Below, piece by piece: positions 1-10,445 of a stretch of 26,209 nucleotides of DNA. The translations under genes and the position numbers were made by a program. The stretch is from Tubiluchus corallicola (lineage: Eukaryota; Animalia; Priapulida), in contig JAQGDQ010001767.1 of NCBI GenBank assembly GCA_030141605.1, forward strand, positions 1 through 26,209, read 5' to 3'. Under the pieces are notes generated by a model. It was not told the DNA's origin. It did no database searches and was given only the letters and a program-made list of their open reading frames with translations. The stretch's first letter is position 1, and every line of letters starts with the position of its first letter.

Positions 1-62
1 GGAGTGCTATGAAAAATTGCAGTGAATAGATGTGCGGAATTTGCTAAAAAATTTGGGAAAAA

Positions 63-802
63 TTAGAAGAAAACCGGAATCAATCTTAAACTGTAGGTCA
101 AAACAATCTACTCTTTAAAATATTGAAGGGGGAACATTCTATTTTTTTTCAAAAATGACTTACGTGAAAGAATTATTACCACACAAACACAATTTCACGT
201 TCGCGCCACTAGTTCTTCGCTGTTACATGCATTTTGTCATTCATTAGTTAGTCAGACACTAGCACCTGCAATTCGGAAACGCATTGCACAAAAACAGGTG
301 CTGTACCTCTCAGTTAAGGTGTGTTTGTTCGTGACGACAGTGACGTTGTCCATACGTTCGACAGCTCATGCGTGAGTAAAGTGGTAAATTTGTAATTTGA
401 ATTTTTTCTTAAAAGTTGCCTAGTTTTAGTACAACACACTGAATCTCTCACACTTGCACTGTACTTCAAATTTTGCATTCGCAAACACGCCCGTGAATGT
501 TTTTGTTGTTGAAAATTATGTTAGTTTGTGATGTCATCAATAGTTGGGCTCGCCCGTTCTTAATTAAGATTTTAATCCATTATTTAATTATCAGAAACAC
601 TTTTGCATTATTAATTGTGTTAAAATATATACTTTTTATCGGTCTTGAATATAGTCCTGTCAGTTCAGATGTGTTAGTTTGTGATGACCTACACATGCTC
701 GACAGAGAAATGGTGTCACATTATTATTGGTGTTAAAATGTGTACTTTTTACCGTATTTCAAAATGGGCTAGGACGTAAAAAATCATATTCTTTTCCTTT
801 AA
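63..802. mobile_element. Non-autonomous DNA transposon (Kolobok-like, TTAA-ended), copy 1
   Basis: 150-650 and 720-802 align with 3030-3552. It ends ...TTCCT-TTAA (799-802). The left end TTAG-AAGAAAACCGGA resembles TTAA-AGGAAAACCGGA of the element at 11520. 655-760 looks like an internal duplication. Confidence 0.6.
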
Positions 803-1093
803 TTAACATAGGCGACATCAAACATTCGGTGGTTTTCTGCAATGGTTGTCCGAAATGCAAAAGACTCAAGTTCGAATCCCAGCCAAGAAAAAAATTTCCG
901 CACAATATTTCGAATACTTTCTTTGTCAGTTGGAAAAAAATCCCGCTTTTGCGATTTCCTCATCTTTTGGAGAATTTCTTCTCCTCCTCGCTGAGCTTCT
1001 CAAGTGCCTCTTCATCTTCATTCTCCTCACACGAAAGAGGCAACAAGGTAAAACTTGGGAAAAACCAATTTAATCATTTTCAACATGTGCTGA

Positions 1094-1319
1094 TGACGTC
1101 ACCGATCGACCGGTATGACTCATCCCACCCGATTTCAATACTAAGCGCCCACACGTAAGCTGCATGTAGGCACGATGACGTCACACAGAGTGGCTTTGTG
1201 AAGGGAAGCCAGCCTGGCTGAAGCCGAGTATAGTGGCTTCCATTGATAAGTTGTAAGAGGAATTTCTGCCCTTTTCCCGATGGAGAAAACCTCTGACGTC
1301 ATTTTATTTCCAAATATGG
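1094..1319. promoter_or_regulatory. Candidate immediate-early enhancer: three perfect CREs plus a CArG box
   Basis: TGACGTCA at 1094-1101, 1176-1183 and 1294-1301; CCAAATATGG (CC[A/T]6GG) at 1310-1319. Confidence 0.55.
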
Positions 1320-1725
1320 TGTTCGTAATTAATGATTTACAACTTACGGATCATTTATTAATGTTGGAATAAACCCAAATTTATTGAGATTATTATTAAC
1401 AAATATAGTTGGTGATTTATAGTAAATGTTGAAATGTTGGATTACTTGCTGAGCTATTAAAGGATTGAATTAAGACGTGCCATAATTAACTGGGACTGGG
1501 TAGTCTAATCACTCTAATGCTCTAATCCGAACGTGCCTGGTTCAAAGGTGACTTAGTACCGATTTTTCACACTCGTTTTTTTGAGACATTTTGGTATGCA
1601 ATTTAATTCATTGTAAGTTTATTTTGTTGTTCTGTCGATATTCGTAGTTCTTTTGATGGTCTGCATTCAAGTATTTCATTCACTTTTGGTCTATGCGTTT
1701 TTCAGTCAGTGATATAGTCAGTGAT

Positions 1726-1748
1726 ACACGCACACACATGCACGCACA

Positions 1749-1836
<88 letters not shown>

Positions 1837-1890
1837 CACGCACACTCACACACACACACACACGCACGCACACACACACACACACACACA

Positions 1891-1945
<55 letters not shown>

Positions 1946-1957
1946 ACACACACACAC
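1726..1957. repeat. (CA)n microsatellite, interrupted
   Basis: About 230 bp of CA with CT/CG/TG interruptions; the block CACATGCACGCACACTCA occurs twice. Confidence 0.97.
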
Positions 1958-2024
1958 GATTTTCTGAAATAATCAAATTCTGGTCGTAATAAGAAGCAGA
2001 GTTAATTAAAGTTAGCAGTTTATA

Positions 2025-2162
2025 TTATATCATCATATCATATGAATTTATATGATATCACGTCATATCGTATCGTATCATATCATATCGTATCGTATCA
2101 TATATCATGTCATGTCATGTCGTATCGTATCATGTCATATATCATATCATATCGTGTCATAA
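2025..2162. repeat. Degenerate pentanucleotide repeat (ATATC/GTATC/ATGTC)
   Basis: Runs of tatca/tatcg/tgtca are directly visible. Confidence 0.85.
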
Positions 2163-2849
2163 TCGAACTAACTAACTGTATATTTCATCACTGCACATAG
2201 TGGAAATACTGTGATCAGTAATAGTTACTGTGTTGTAAATCCACTCAAAATAAATAAAGTTTGTATACGATCATTGACTTGTCTATGATAATCACATGCA
2301 TTATGGCTAGCTGGTTCTATGGTTTAAATTTATGACTTCTATGAATTTGGAATTCATTAAGATCTCACGTCGAAACTGTACATCCTGTCTGTCCAAAGTG
2401 CAAACAAACTGTCAATCGCCTGATTTCTGTGCTGCCCTTTCGCTTCATCGATCTGGTTGCGATGAGTCATCAAGTTCAGCCAGGGTTTCCCAGTTTCCGT
2501 ACGAAGCTTCTGCCGCCGTGGCAACACGGGGTGGGCTTATCCATTCAGCGCTCGAGTAGGGGTGCGCAGGTGTAGCGGAAACGCCGTTGTCGTTTCCGTG
2601 GGAACGGTTCTACGGAAGACTCGGCGTCACAGCAGATTCGCGGATCTAGTTTAGATGATTATTTAGGATTAGCTCGATTAAACGGACCTTGTTTCCTACT
2701 GGATCATGAATAAATTATATTATGATTGTATTCGCTTCGCTATCATAAAACCGAATAAAATAAACAGAATCACAATTCAATACAACCATTTCAAAGCATT
2801 CATTTTTAAAACAAGACAATTTTTATTAAAAACTTTAAGTTTACAACTG

Positions 2850-2975
2850 TTCAAATTTTTTTTTACAAAATTTACGAATAACTGGGACTTGTTAACAAAA
2901 GAAAGTTTATCTATGCACCCTAATAAGCCTTCTCTTAATGTGCAAAGTAGTTCAATTCCATTAACTTTATTTTAA
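2850..2975 (+). mobile_element. Penelope-like element remnant (extreme C-terminus of the GIY-YIG region)
   Basis: Translation ...NNWDLLTKESLSMHPNKPSLNVQSSSIPLTLF* fits the remembered L-x-x-KES-x(6)-KPSLN-x-Q-x(3-4)-PL-x-LF* ending of Penelope-like ORFs. Confidence 0.6.
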
Positions 2976-3029
2976 AACACTTGGCCATTTGTTACTGTAT
3001 CAATTTCTTTTCTACAGGTCTGCTTATTC

Positions 3030-3552
3030 ATCAAAAATAACTTACGTGAAAGAATTATTACCACACAAACACAATTTCTCGTTCGCGCCACTAGTTGTTG
3101 GCAGTTACTTCGCCACTAGCGCCTCCATTTCGGAATTGCTTTGCACAAAAAACAGGTGCTGTACCTGCCAGTTCAGATGTGTCAGTTTGTGACGAACTAC
3201 ACGTGTTCGACAGCTCATGCACGTGAGCACAGTGGTAAATTTGAAATTTGAATTTTTATCTTAAAACTTTCCTAGTTTTATTACAACACACTGAATATTT
3301 AACAGCAGCACTTGTACTTCAATTTTCACTTTCGGAAACACGTGCAACACGCTCGTGGAATATTTTTGCTGTTGAAAATTATGTTCGTTTGTGATGTGAT
3401 CAATAGTTGGGCTCGTCCGTCGTCAATTAAGTTTTTAATCTATTATTTAATTATCAGAAACGCTTTTACAGTATTAATTGTATTAGAATGTATACTTTTT
3501 ATCGGAGTTGAAAATGGGGTAGTGTATGAAAGGTCATCCTGTCTTCCTTTAA
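3030..3552. mobile_element. Non-autonomous DNA transposon (Kolobok-like), copy 2, 5'-truncated
   Basis: Colinear with 150-802 (e.g. ACTTACGTGAAAGAATTATTACCACACAAACACAATTTC). It ends ATCCTGTCTTCCT-TTAA (TTAA 3549-3552). Confidence 0.65.
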
Positions 3553-3734
3553 TCTGAGCTCCCAGTGTTCATAGTTTTGTGTGATTCATTGTACTGTGAC
3601 CACATTAAACTGAAGTATGTAAGTAACATAGGTTAAACGGGGGGGGGGGGGACTGTAGCATTTGAGAGCGTTCATACAGTCTGTCTGCGCTGCTCTTTTG
3701 TAATGGAAAAGTTAAAATGCTTATGGTTGTTGTT

Positions 3735-4518
3735 GGTTTAGTTTAAACATAATTTATTTAGGATTGGATCAGACAGTTTGAACAACATGATTTAGGATCC
3801 TCACCACAACAGACTTTATACACTATTTACAAGAACATTTTACAGTAAGAATAGACTATAACTACACAAGCTGACAAGTTTTACTACAAGATTACATTAG
3901 ACATTAGTAACATTTACAGTAAGAATAGACTATAACTACACAAGCTGACAAGTTTTACTACAAGATTACATTAGACATTAGTAACATTTACAGTAAGAAT
4001 AGACTATAACTACACAAGCTGACAAGTTTTACTACAAGATTACATTAGACATTAGTAACATTTACAGTAAGAATAGACTATAACTACACAAGCTGACAAG
4101 TTTTACTACAAGATTACATTGGACATTAGTAACATTTACAGTAAGAATTGACTATAACTACACAAGCTGATAAGTTTTACTACAAGATTACATTAAACAT
4201 TTGTAGAAAATGACGGTTAGAAAATATTAATGTACAATTATTTAAGGCTGATGCATTTTATATCAGATAGAAACTACTGGAAGCGTTTAGTACGTAATAT
4301 AAAGTTATATATGCATTGGAATATTTTACAGTTAGCAACATAGTTAAATTCATCTTTACCGAATAATAACAACTTTAACAGATCATTAGTTCCTAAGGCA
4401 GCTATATTAAGGTTTTGGGGCAGAAGTATTTCATTTAATTTATCAAACATAACAACCCTAGTTTGTTGATACAATGGGCAGTGCAACAAAAAGTGTTCAA
4501 CAGACTCAAGTCGAAATC
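3735..4518 (-). mobile_element. 5'-truncated non-LTR retrotransposon (CR1/L2-group LINE 3' end) with 9-bp TSD
   Basis: Minus-strand ORF2 C-terminus ESVEHFLLHCPLYQQTR...LLLFG...N.KIF..IYNFILRTKRFQ* (stop 4274-4276), then a 3' UTR with AATAAA and a short TAAAC tail. Direct repeat GTTGTTGTT at 3726-3734 and 4519-4527. Confidence 0.8.
3835..4203. repeat. 74-bp tandem repeat, 5 copies, inside the LINE 3' UTR
   Basis: Unit ACATTTACAGTAAGAATAGACTATAACTACACAAGCTGACAAGTTTTACTACAAGATTACATTAGACATTAGTA at about 3835, 3910, 3984, 4058 and 4132; near-identical copies. Confidence 0.95.
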
Positions 4519-5291
4519 GTTGTTGTTAATACATGTAGTTTAAATAGATGCATACGCGGAGAAAATTAAACAAGATAATTATGCCAGATTAATTAGTCAC
4601 ACGTTAATTAGAAGCATTAATAAGTCAGGGGAACTGTTAGTGTTCACGATTCGCACATGTGTATCGTGATATATACTCATTAATGAGGAAGGATGCTGTA
4701 CGCGTGATGTTATTATATAATTTTTGCTCCACAAAGGCAAACATGGCGTGGAAACGACACTAGCTTGGCGTTGGAGACGGTTAAACAAAGCGCATTTAAC
4801 GTTGTTTAGAATGTGACCAGTTGGTTAGGCTGGGCGCTTCGCGTCAAACGACGTCTGATGCGCGCTTGGCTTTCACCGGCCTGCCCAACTGATAATAATT
4901 TGAGGCATTAAATACAGTGGGAAAACAGCTTTGGTCAGGGCTAGCTACAGTAGGGACACTGTATTCGTATCTTTCGCTGGTAAACTGCTGCTGTGTCAAA
5001 AATTATGCTGTTACTGTATGATCTATGAGTTTAGAAGTCACAAATTTATGCTAATCTCTCGTTTTGAGATTTGAACTTACATATGTTGGTTAAGATACGC
5101 CCCGTGTACCTCCCCGGGCTGCTAGAGCCGCCCCACGCCCCCTCCTGCACTTAAGTATGTTAATGACGTTCAATCCCAGACACTGAACAAGCGTTAAGAG
5201 AGAGAGACGGGGCTGTTTCAGAAATGTTGTCCCGCGTGCTTAATGTTGTCAGCTGTTCTATTATTTTACTCCAACGATCGTTATGGGGAGA

Positions 5292-6126
5292 TGGGGGGTA
5301 TTGCTTCGTTTTCTTGTGAATTTGCTGTGTCCTGTGCTGGGTGGTACGAGGAATGGCGCGTTCTTTGTGGGGGTTAAAAGTGGGGGTATTGCTTCGTTTT
5401 CTTGAGATTTTGCTGTGTCCTGTGCTGGGTGGTACGAGGAAGGGGGGGGGGGGGTTAAAAGTGGGGGTATTGCTTCGTTTTCTTGAGATTTTGCTGTGTC
5501 CTGTGCTGGGTGGTACGAGGAATGGGGCATTTTTGCGTTGGGTTAAAAGTGGGGTATTGCTTCGTTTTCTTGAGAGACATTTGCTGCGTCCTGTGCTGGG
5601 TGGTACGAGGAAGGGGGGGGGGTTAAAAGTGGGGGTATTGCTTCGTTTTCTTGAGACATTTGCTGTGTCCTGTGCTGGGTGGTACGAGGAAGGAGGGGGG
5701 GGGTTAAAAGTGGGGGTATTGCTTCGTTTTCTTGAGACATTTGCTGTGTCCTGTGCAGGGTGGTACGAGGAAGGGGGGGGGGGGTTAAAAGTGGGGGTAT
5801 TGCTTCGTTTTCTTGAGACATTTGCTGTGTCCTGTGCTGGGTGGTACGAGGAAGGGGGGGGGTTAAAAGTGGGGGTATTGCTTCGTTTTCTTGAGACATT
5901 TGCTGCGTCCTGTGCTGGGTGGTACGAGGAAGGGGGGGGGGGTTAAAAGTGGGGGTATTGCTTCGTTTTCTTGAGAGACATTTGCTGTGTCCTGTGCTGG
6001 GTGGTACGAGGAAGGGGGGCGTTTTTTGCTGGGGTTAAAAGTGGGGGTATTGCTTCGTTTTCTTGATACATTTGCTGTGTCCTGTGCTGGGTGGTGGTAC
6101 GAGGAATGGGGGGGGGGGGTTAAAAG
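5292..6126. repeat. G-rich minisatellite, about 78-92-bp unit, about 10 copies
   Basis: Unit GGTTAAAAGTGGGGGTATTGCTTCGTTTTCTTGAGACATTTGCTGTGTCCTGTGCTGGGTGGTACGAGGAA-(G)n with a variable poly-G run. Confidence 0.95.
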
Positions 6127-6238
6127 CGTTAAACTTAAATAAGTTAATAAAATAATGTGTCCGTTTGTCAACTTATTAACATGAACTACAACATTAGATT
6201 ATGTATGTTTTAGGGAGACCAAGGAAACTGCAGCTTAT

Positions 6239-6446
6239 AGGGGTCACCTAGAGGGCAATGTGATGACGTAGGGGCCACCTAGAGGGCAATGTGATGACGT
6301 AGGGGTCACCTAGAGGGCAATGTGATGACGTAGGGGCCACCTAGAGGGCAATGTGATGACGTAGGGGCCACCTAGTGGGCAATGTGATGACGTAGGGGCC
6401 ACCTAGAGAGCAATGTGATGACGTAGGGGCCACCTAGAGGGCAATG
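6239..6446. repeat. 31-bp tandem repeat, about 6.7 copies
   Basis: Unit AGGGGYCACCTAGAGGGCAATGTGATGACGT at 6239, 6270, 6301, 6332, 6363, 6394 and 6425. Confidence 0.95.
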
Positions 6447-7379
6447 ATGATAATTATGACAGTTTATGACTAAAATTTTGTCGTGCCAAAAATTTATGAC
6501 AAATACTTTCAGATATAAGTTCTCAAACGTTTCTGAAATTCAAAAGAAATGATGCTCATGGTTTATGTTTTACTTTGCAAACACGTCTGTAATTTTGCCA
6601 TGTATTTAAAAGTGAATAAAGTGACTTATTGGGGTATTAAAACTGTACCAGAGAACTAAAATTGTACCAAAGAATAAAATTTATATTAAAAGTTCAAAGC
6701 ATTTCGTCGTACGAGAAACACTTTAACTGCAGCCAGTAATATGTAATGTATCACCTAAACAATTTTTGAATATTAAAAACTTAAATATTAAAATGCTCAG
6801 TTCATTTACTCTGAGAGGGCAAACGCCAGCGCCCCCCCCCCCTTGAGCCGTCACCTCGTATGTTTATGATTCTTAGTAATATTTGATCGTGGTAGCCTTG
6901 ACTTGTGTTAAGGTTGATGACTTAGCCTTACTGCCTATCCCGACTATACATTTCAGCTCACAAGCAGGTAGAAGTGAGTTTAAAATGAGTAATAGCCTCG
7001 TGTGGGTATCGCGTGTTGAATTTTAGTCATTGTGCAAATGGTTTAAATAGCATAACGGATTTACCTAAGTAAAGACGCCGTCTAGCGTGAGGGACAGATT
7101 GAACTAACTTTACATGTTTACCTTTGCCCTCCTGTTAATGTAACTTGTGATTAATAAGATTTTTCACAGTTCCAGTGATTGATGATGATCGTTAAGAGGT
7201 CAAAGGTTAAGTGTACCAGACAACACAATTGTGTACACTTGACAACACCTCGCAGCCCTTTCTGTTGTAATGGTAACAGTTTTAACAGATAGCTAGAACC
7301 TTACCAAGGAAGATCCCGCTAGTAAATCACTCTACGCAGACTAATACATAATAAAGTAAAGCCCACGTAAAACAACTGA

Positions 7380-7585
7380 CGTTACTGAACCGATGCGACA
7401 GACGGCGTTGCTTTACCTACGCCTCACATGCTGATTGTAGTTAAGACGCGTTGCTATGGCACACTTAGCTGTTGACTTACTGCAACTGATGTGACAGACG
7501 GCGTTGCTTTACTTACACCTCATATGCTGATTGTAGTTAAGACGCGTTGCTATAGCACACTTTACTGTTGTACTTACTGCAACTG
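7380..7585. repeat. 96-bp tandem duplication, about 2.1 copies
   Basis: GACAGACGGCGTTGCTTTAC at 7397 and 7493, with colinear continuation. Confidence 0.9.
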
Positions 7586-7732
7586 CGCGTGCGCATGATG
7601 TACATGTAACTGTGAAAAGGTTTATTCTGGTATTTTAAATGGCATTTTTTCTTTTTCACTTTTTCCCCCCAAAGAGAGAGGTAAGAGGTAAGAGAGACGT
7701 TTTCTTAACGTTGGATTCTTATTTTTCAACAG

Positions 7733-8086
7733 GTGACAGATTTCCTATCCGGCAAGTCCCCGTTGACACTAGCCTGGCGTTTTGAGGATCACATGATGTT
7801 CGTTCAACTTCAACTCTCATCTCTACCGCCAGGCGCCGCTGCAGGCAAGCGACGTCATGTTAGCATTTCCACATCTGAGCCCTCGTCGTCGGTATCACCG
7901 CCATCATCGTCATCGTCGTCGCCATCGGTGTCGTCACCGCCGTCATCGCCACCGTCGCCACCGTCGCCTGCCTCCGATGAAAGCTGCCCGGAGATGCCGA
8001 GGTTGGACGTAAAGGCTCTAGAGGAGGCGAGCAGGAGTCTTACGAAGAGGTTACGAGGATTGTCTCGTGCGTCTCACAGCGCAAAG
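7733..8086 (+). CDS. MIDN: Midnolin, internal exon A (Catch1 + S/P-rich linker); gene 5'-partial in window
   Basis: Acceptor TTATTTTTCAACAG at 7732, donor AAG|GTGATA at 8087; 354 nt, phase 0/0. [28 protein letters not shown] matches remembered vertebrate midnolin [28 protein letters not shown]. Confidence 0.9.
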
Positions 8087-8377
8087 GTGATACAACAATT
8101 TTCACATTTTATTGATGAAATTAAATTTCAGGAATAATTATCGATTATGTTTAATTATCGATTATGTTTTTCACAACGTGACGGAAAGGCGATGTCACTT
8201 TGCTTTATCAGTTTTGCATGAATGTTAACTTAATCGGTTTTAAAAGCAAGGATAATCATAAGAATGGAAAAGTAGGAGTCCAGCTGGGATGGGTGAGCTT
8301 TTTTCCAGGGAATAAAATTTTTGGATAAAGTTTACAATTCCCACACACAGGAGAATAGTTCGTGAAATAGATTGGGA

Positions 8378-8636
8378 TTACGGTTACGGTTAGGAATAGG
8401 GTTAGAGTTAGGGCTAGGGTTATGGTTAGGTTAGGGTTAGGGTTAGAATTGGGTGAGAGCTAGGGTTATGGTTAGGAATAGGGTTAGAGTTAGGGCTAGG
8501 GTTATGGTTAGGTTAGGGTTAGGGTTAGAATTGGGTGAGGGCTAGGGTTATGGTTAGGAATAGGGTTAGAGTTAGGGCTAGGGTTATGGTTAGGGTTGGA
8601 TTAGGGATAGGGTTAAAATTTGGGTTGGGTTTGGGT
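8378..8636 (+). repeat. Interstitial telomere-like (TTAGGG)n degenerate repeat with 82-bp higher-order period
   Basis: GGTTAG/GGCTAG/GGTTAT hexamers; TAGGAATAGGGTTAGAGTTAGGGCTAGGG recurs at 8391, 8473 and 8555. Confidence 0.9.
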
Positions 8637-8816
8637 ATTTAAATAGTGTTTGTCCTTAGGATGAGTGAAATATAACATGAATTTTCTTTCAGAAGCCAGA
8701 CATCTACAGGGTACTGGCGCAGATAATTTTTTACAGTTATTTACAATCGAAGGCTCATTTGGTCAACTTGCTACTTATGATGATAAATTTTCTCATTTTA
8801 AGGTTTTTCATTTTCT

Positions 8817-10445
8817 CAAAATTAGTTAGTCAACAAGTCGCCAGATGTCGCCAGAACGCCCAAGATATTGTTTAGCACGTGTTCCTGTTTTTATCTATTA
8901 TTGTTTTTCTCTTGGGACTTTCCCTTGCCCTGCTTTACACTCTGTTGGGGCTCTTAGTTTTCCTCGTGCTACTTAAGATCAAAATTAGTTAGTCAACAAG
9001 TCGCCAGATGTCGCCAGAACGCCCAAGATATTGTTTAGCACGTGTTCCTGTTTTTATCTATTATTGTTTTTCTCTTGGGACTTTCCCTTGCCCTGCTTTA
9101 CACTCTGTTGGGGCTCTTAGTTTTCCTCGTGCTACTTAAGATCAAAATTAGTTAGTCAACAAGTCGCCAGATGTCGCCAGAACGCCCAAGATATTGTTTA
9201 GCACGTGTTCCTGTTTTTATCTATTATTGTTTTTCTCTTGGGACTTTCCCTTGCCCTGCTTTGCACTCTGTTGGGGCTCTTACTTTTCCTCGTGCTATTT
9301 AAGATCAAAATTAGTTAGTCAACACGTCGTCAGATGTCGCCAGAAGGCGCCGAATGCTTAAGTTACGTACCACGTGGCCTATGTTTGTTTTTCTGCTATT
9401 TTTTTATCTTGGAACTTTCCCTCGCTTTGCACTCGTGTTGGGGCTCTTACTTTTCCTCGTGCTATTTTAAGTCAAAATTAGTTAGTCAACACGTCGTCAG
9501 ATGTCGCCAGAACGCCCAAGATATTGTTTAGCACGTGTTCCTGTTTTTATCCATTATTGTTTTTCTCTTGGGACTTTCCCTTGCCCTGCTTTACACTCTG
9601 TTGGGGCTCTTAGTTTTCCTCGTGCTACTTAAGATCAAAATTAGTTAGTCAACAAGTCGCCAGATGTCGCCAGAACGCCCAAGATATTGTTTAGCACGTG
9701 TTCCTGTTTTTATCTATTATTGTTTTTCTCTTGGGACTTTCCCTTGCCCTGCTTTGCGCTCTGTTGGGGCTCTTACTTTTCCTCGTGCTATTTAAGATCA
9801 AAATTAGTTAGTCAACACGTCGTCAGATGTCGCCAGAAGGCGCCGAATGCTTAAGTTACGTACCACGTGGCCTATGTTTGTTTTTCTGCTATTTTTTTAT
9901 CTTGGAACTTTCCCTCGCTTTGCACTCGTGTTGGGGCTCTTACTTTTCCTCGTGCTATTTTAAGTCAAAATTAGTTAGTCAACACGTCGTCAGATGTCGC
10001 CAGAACGCCCAAGATATTGTTTAGCACGTGTTGCTGTTTTTATCTATTATTGTTTTTCTCTTGGGACTTTCCCTTGCCCTGCTTTACACTCTGTTGGGGC
10101 TCTTACTTTTCCTCGTGCTATTTAAAGTCAGAATTAGTTAGTCAACAAGTCGTCAGATGTCGCCACAACGCCCAAGATATTGTTTACCACATGCTCCTGT
10201 TTTATCTATTAATTATTTTTATCTTGGAACTTACCCTCCCCCGGCTTTGCACTCTGTTGAGGCTTTTACTTTTCCTCGTTCTATTTAAAGTCAGAATTAG
10301 TTAGCCAACAAGCCGTCAGATGTCACCAGAAGGCGTATGAGTTGTTTACCACGTGCTCATGTTTTTATCGATTAATTATTTTTATCTTGGAACTTTCCCT
10401 CGCTTTGCACTCTGTTGGGGCTCTTACTTTTCCTCGTGCTATTTT
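8817..10445. repeat. Intronic satellite, 163/167-bp monomers, 10 units, 493-bp higher-order repeat
   Basis: CARAATTAGTTAG unit starts at 8817, 8980, 9143, 9306, 9473, 9636, 9799, 9966, 10129 and 10292. The units at 9306 and 9799 are a distinct 167-bp variant. Confidence 0.95.

Noticed and set aside
1693-1989. His/Thr- and Cys/Val-repeat ORFs
   Set aside because: Translations of the (CA)n microsatellite.
5261-6171. Repetitive ORFs and a CRISPR-like look (constant block plus variable linker)
   Set aside because: A minisatellite: linkers are mostly poly-G rather than unique spacers, the context is eukaryotic, and there are no cas genes.
1-7732. Midnolin ubiquitin-like-domain exons
   Set aside because: No segment I translated resembled the Ubl domain. 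They are probably upstream of the window, though a short diverged exon could have been missed by eye.
8087-8137. ORF-track extension [16 protein letters not shown]
   Set aside because: Read-through into the intron; splicing at 8086 joins exon B in frame.
8378-8636. True chromosome end
   Set aside because: Short, degenerate, and flanked on both sides by exons of one gene.
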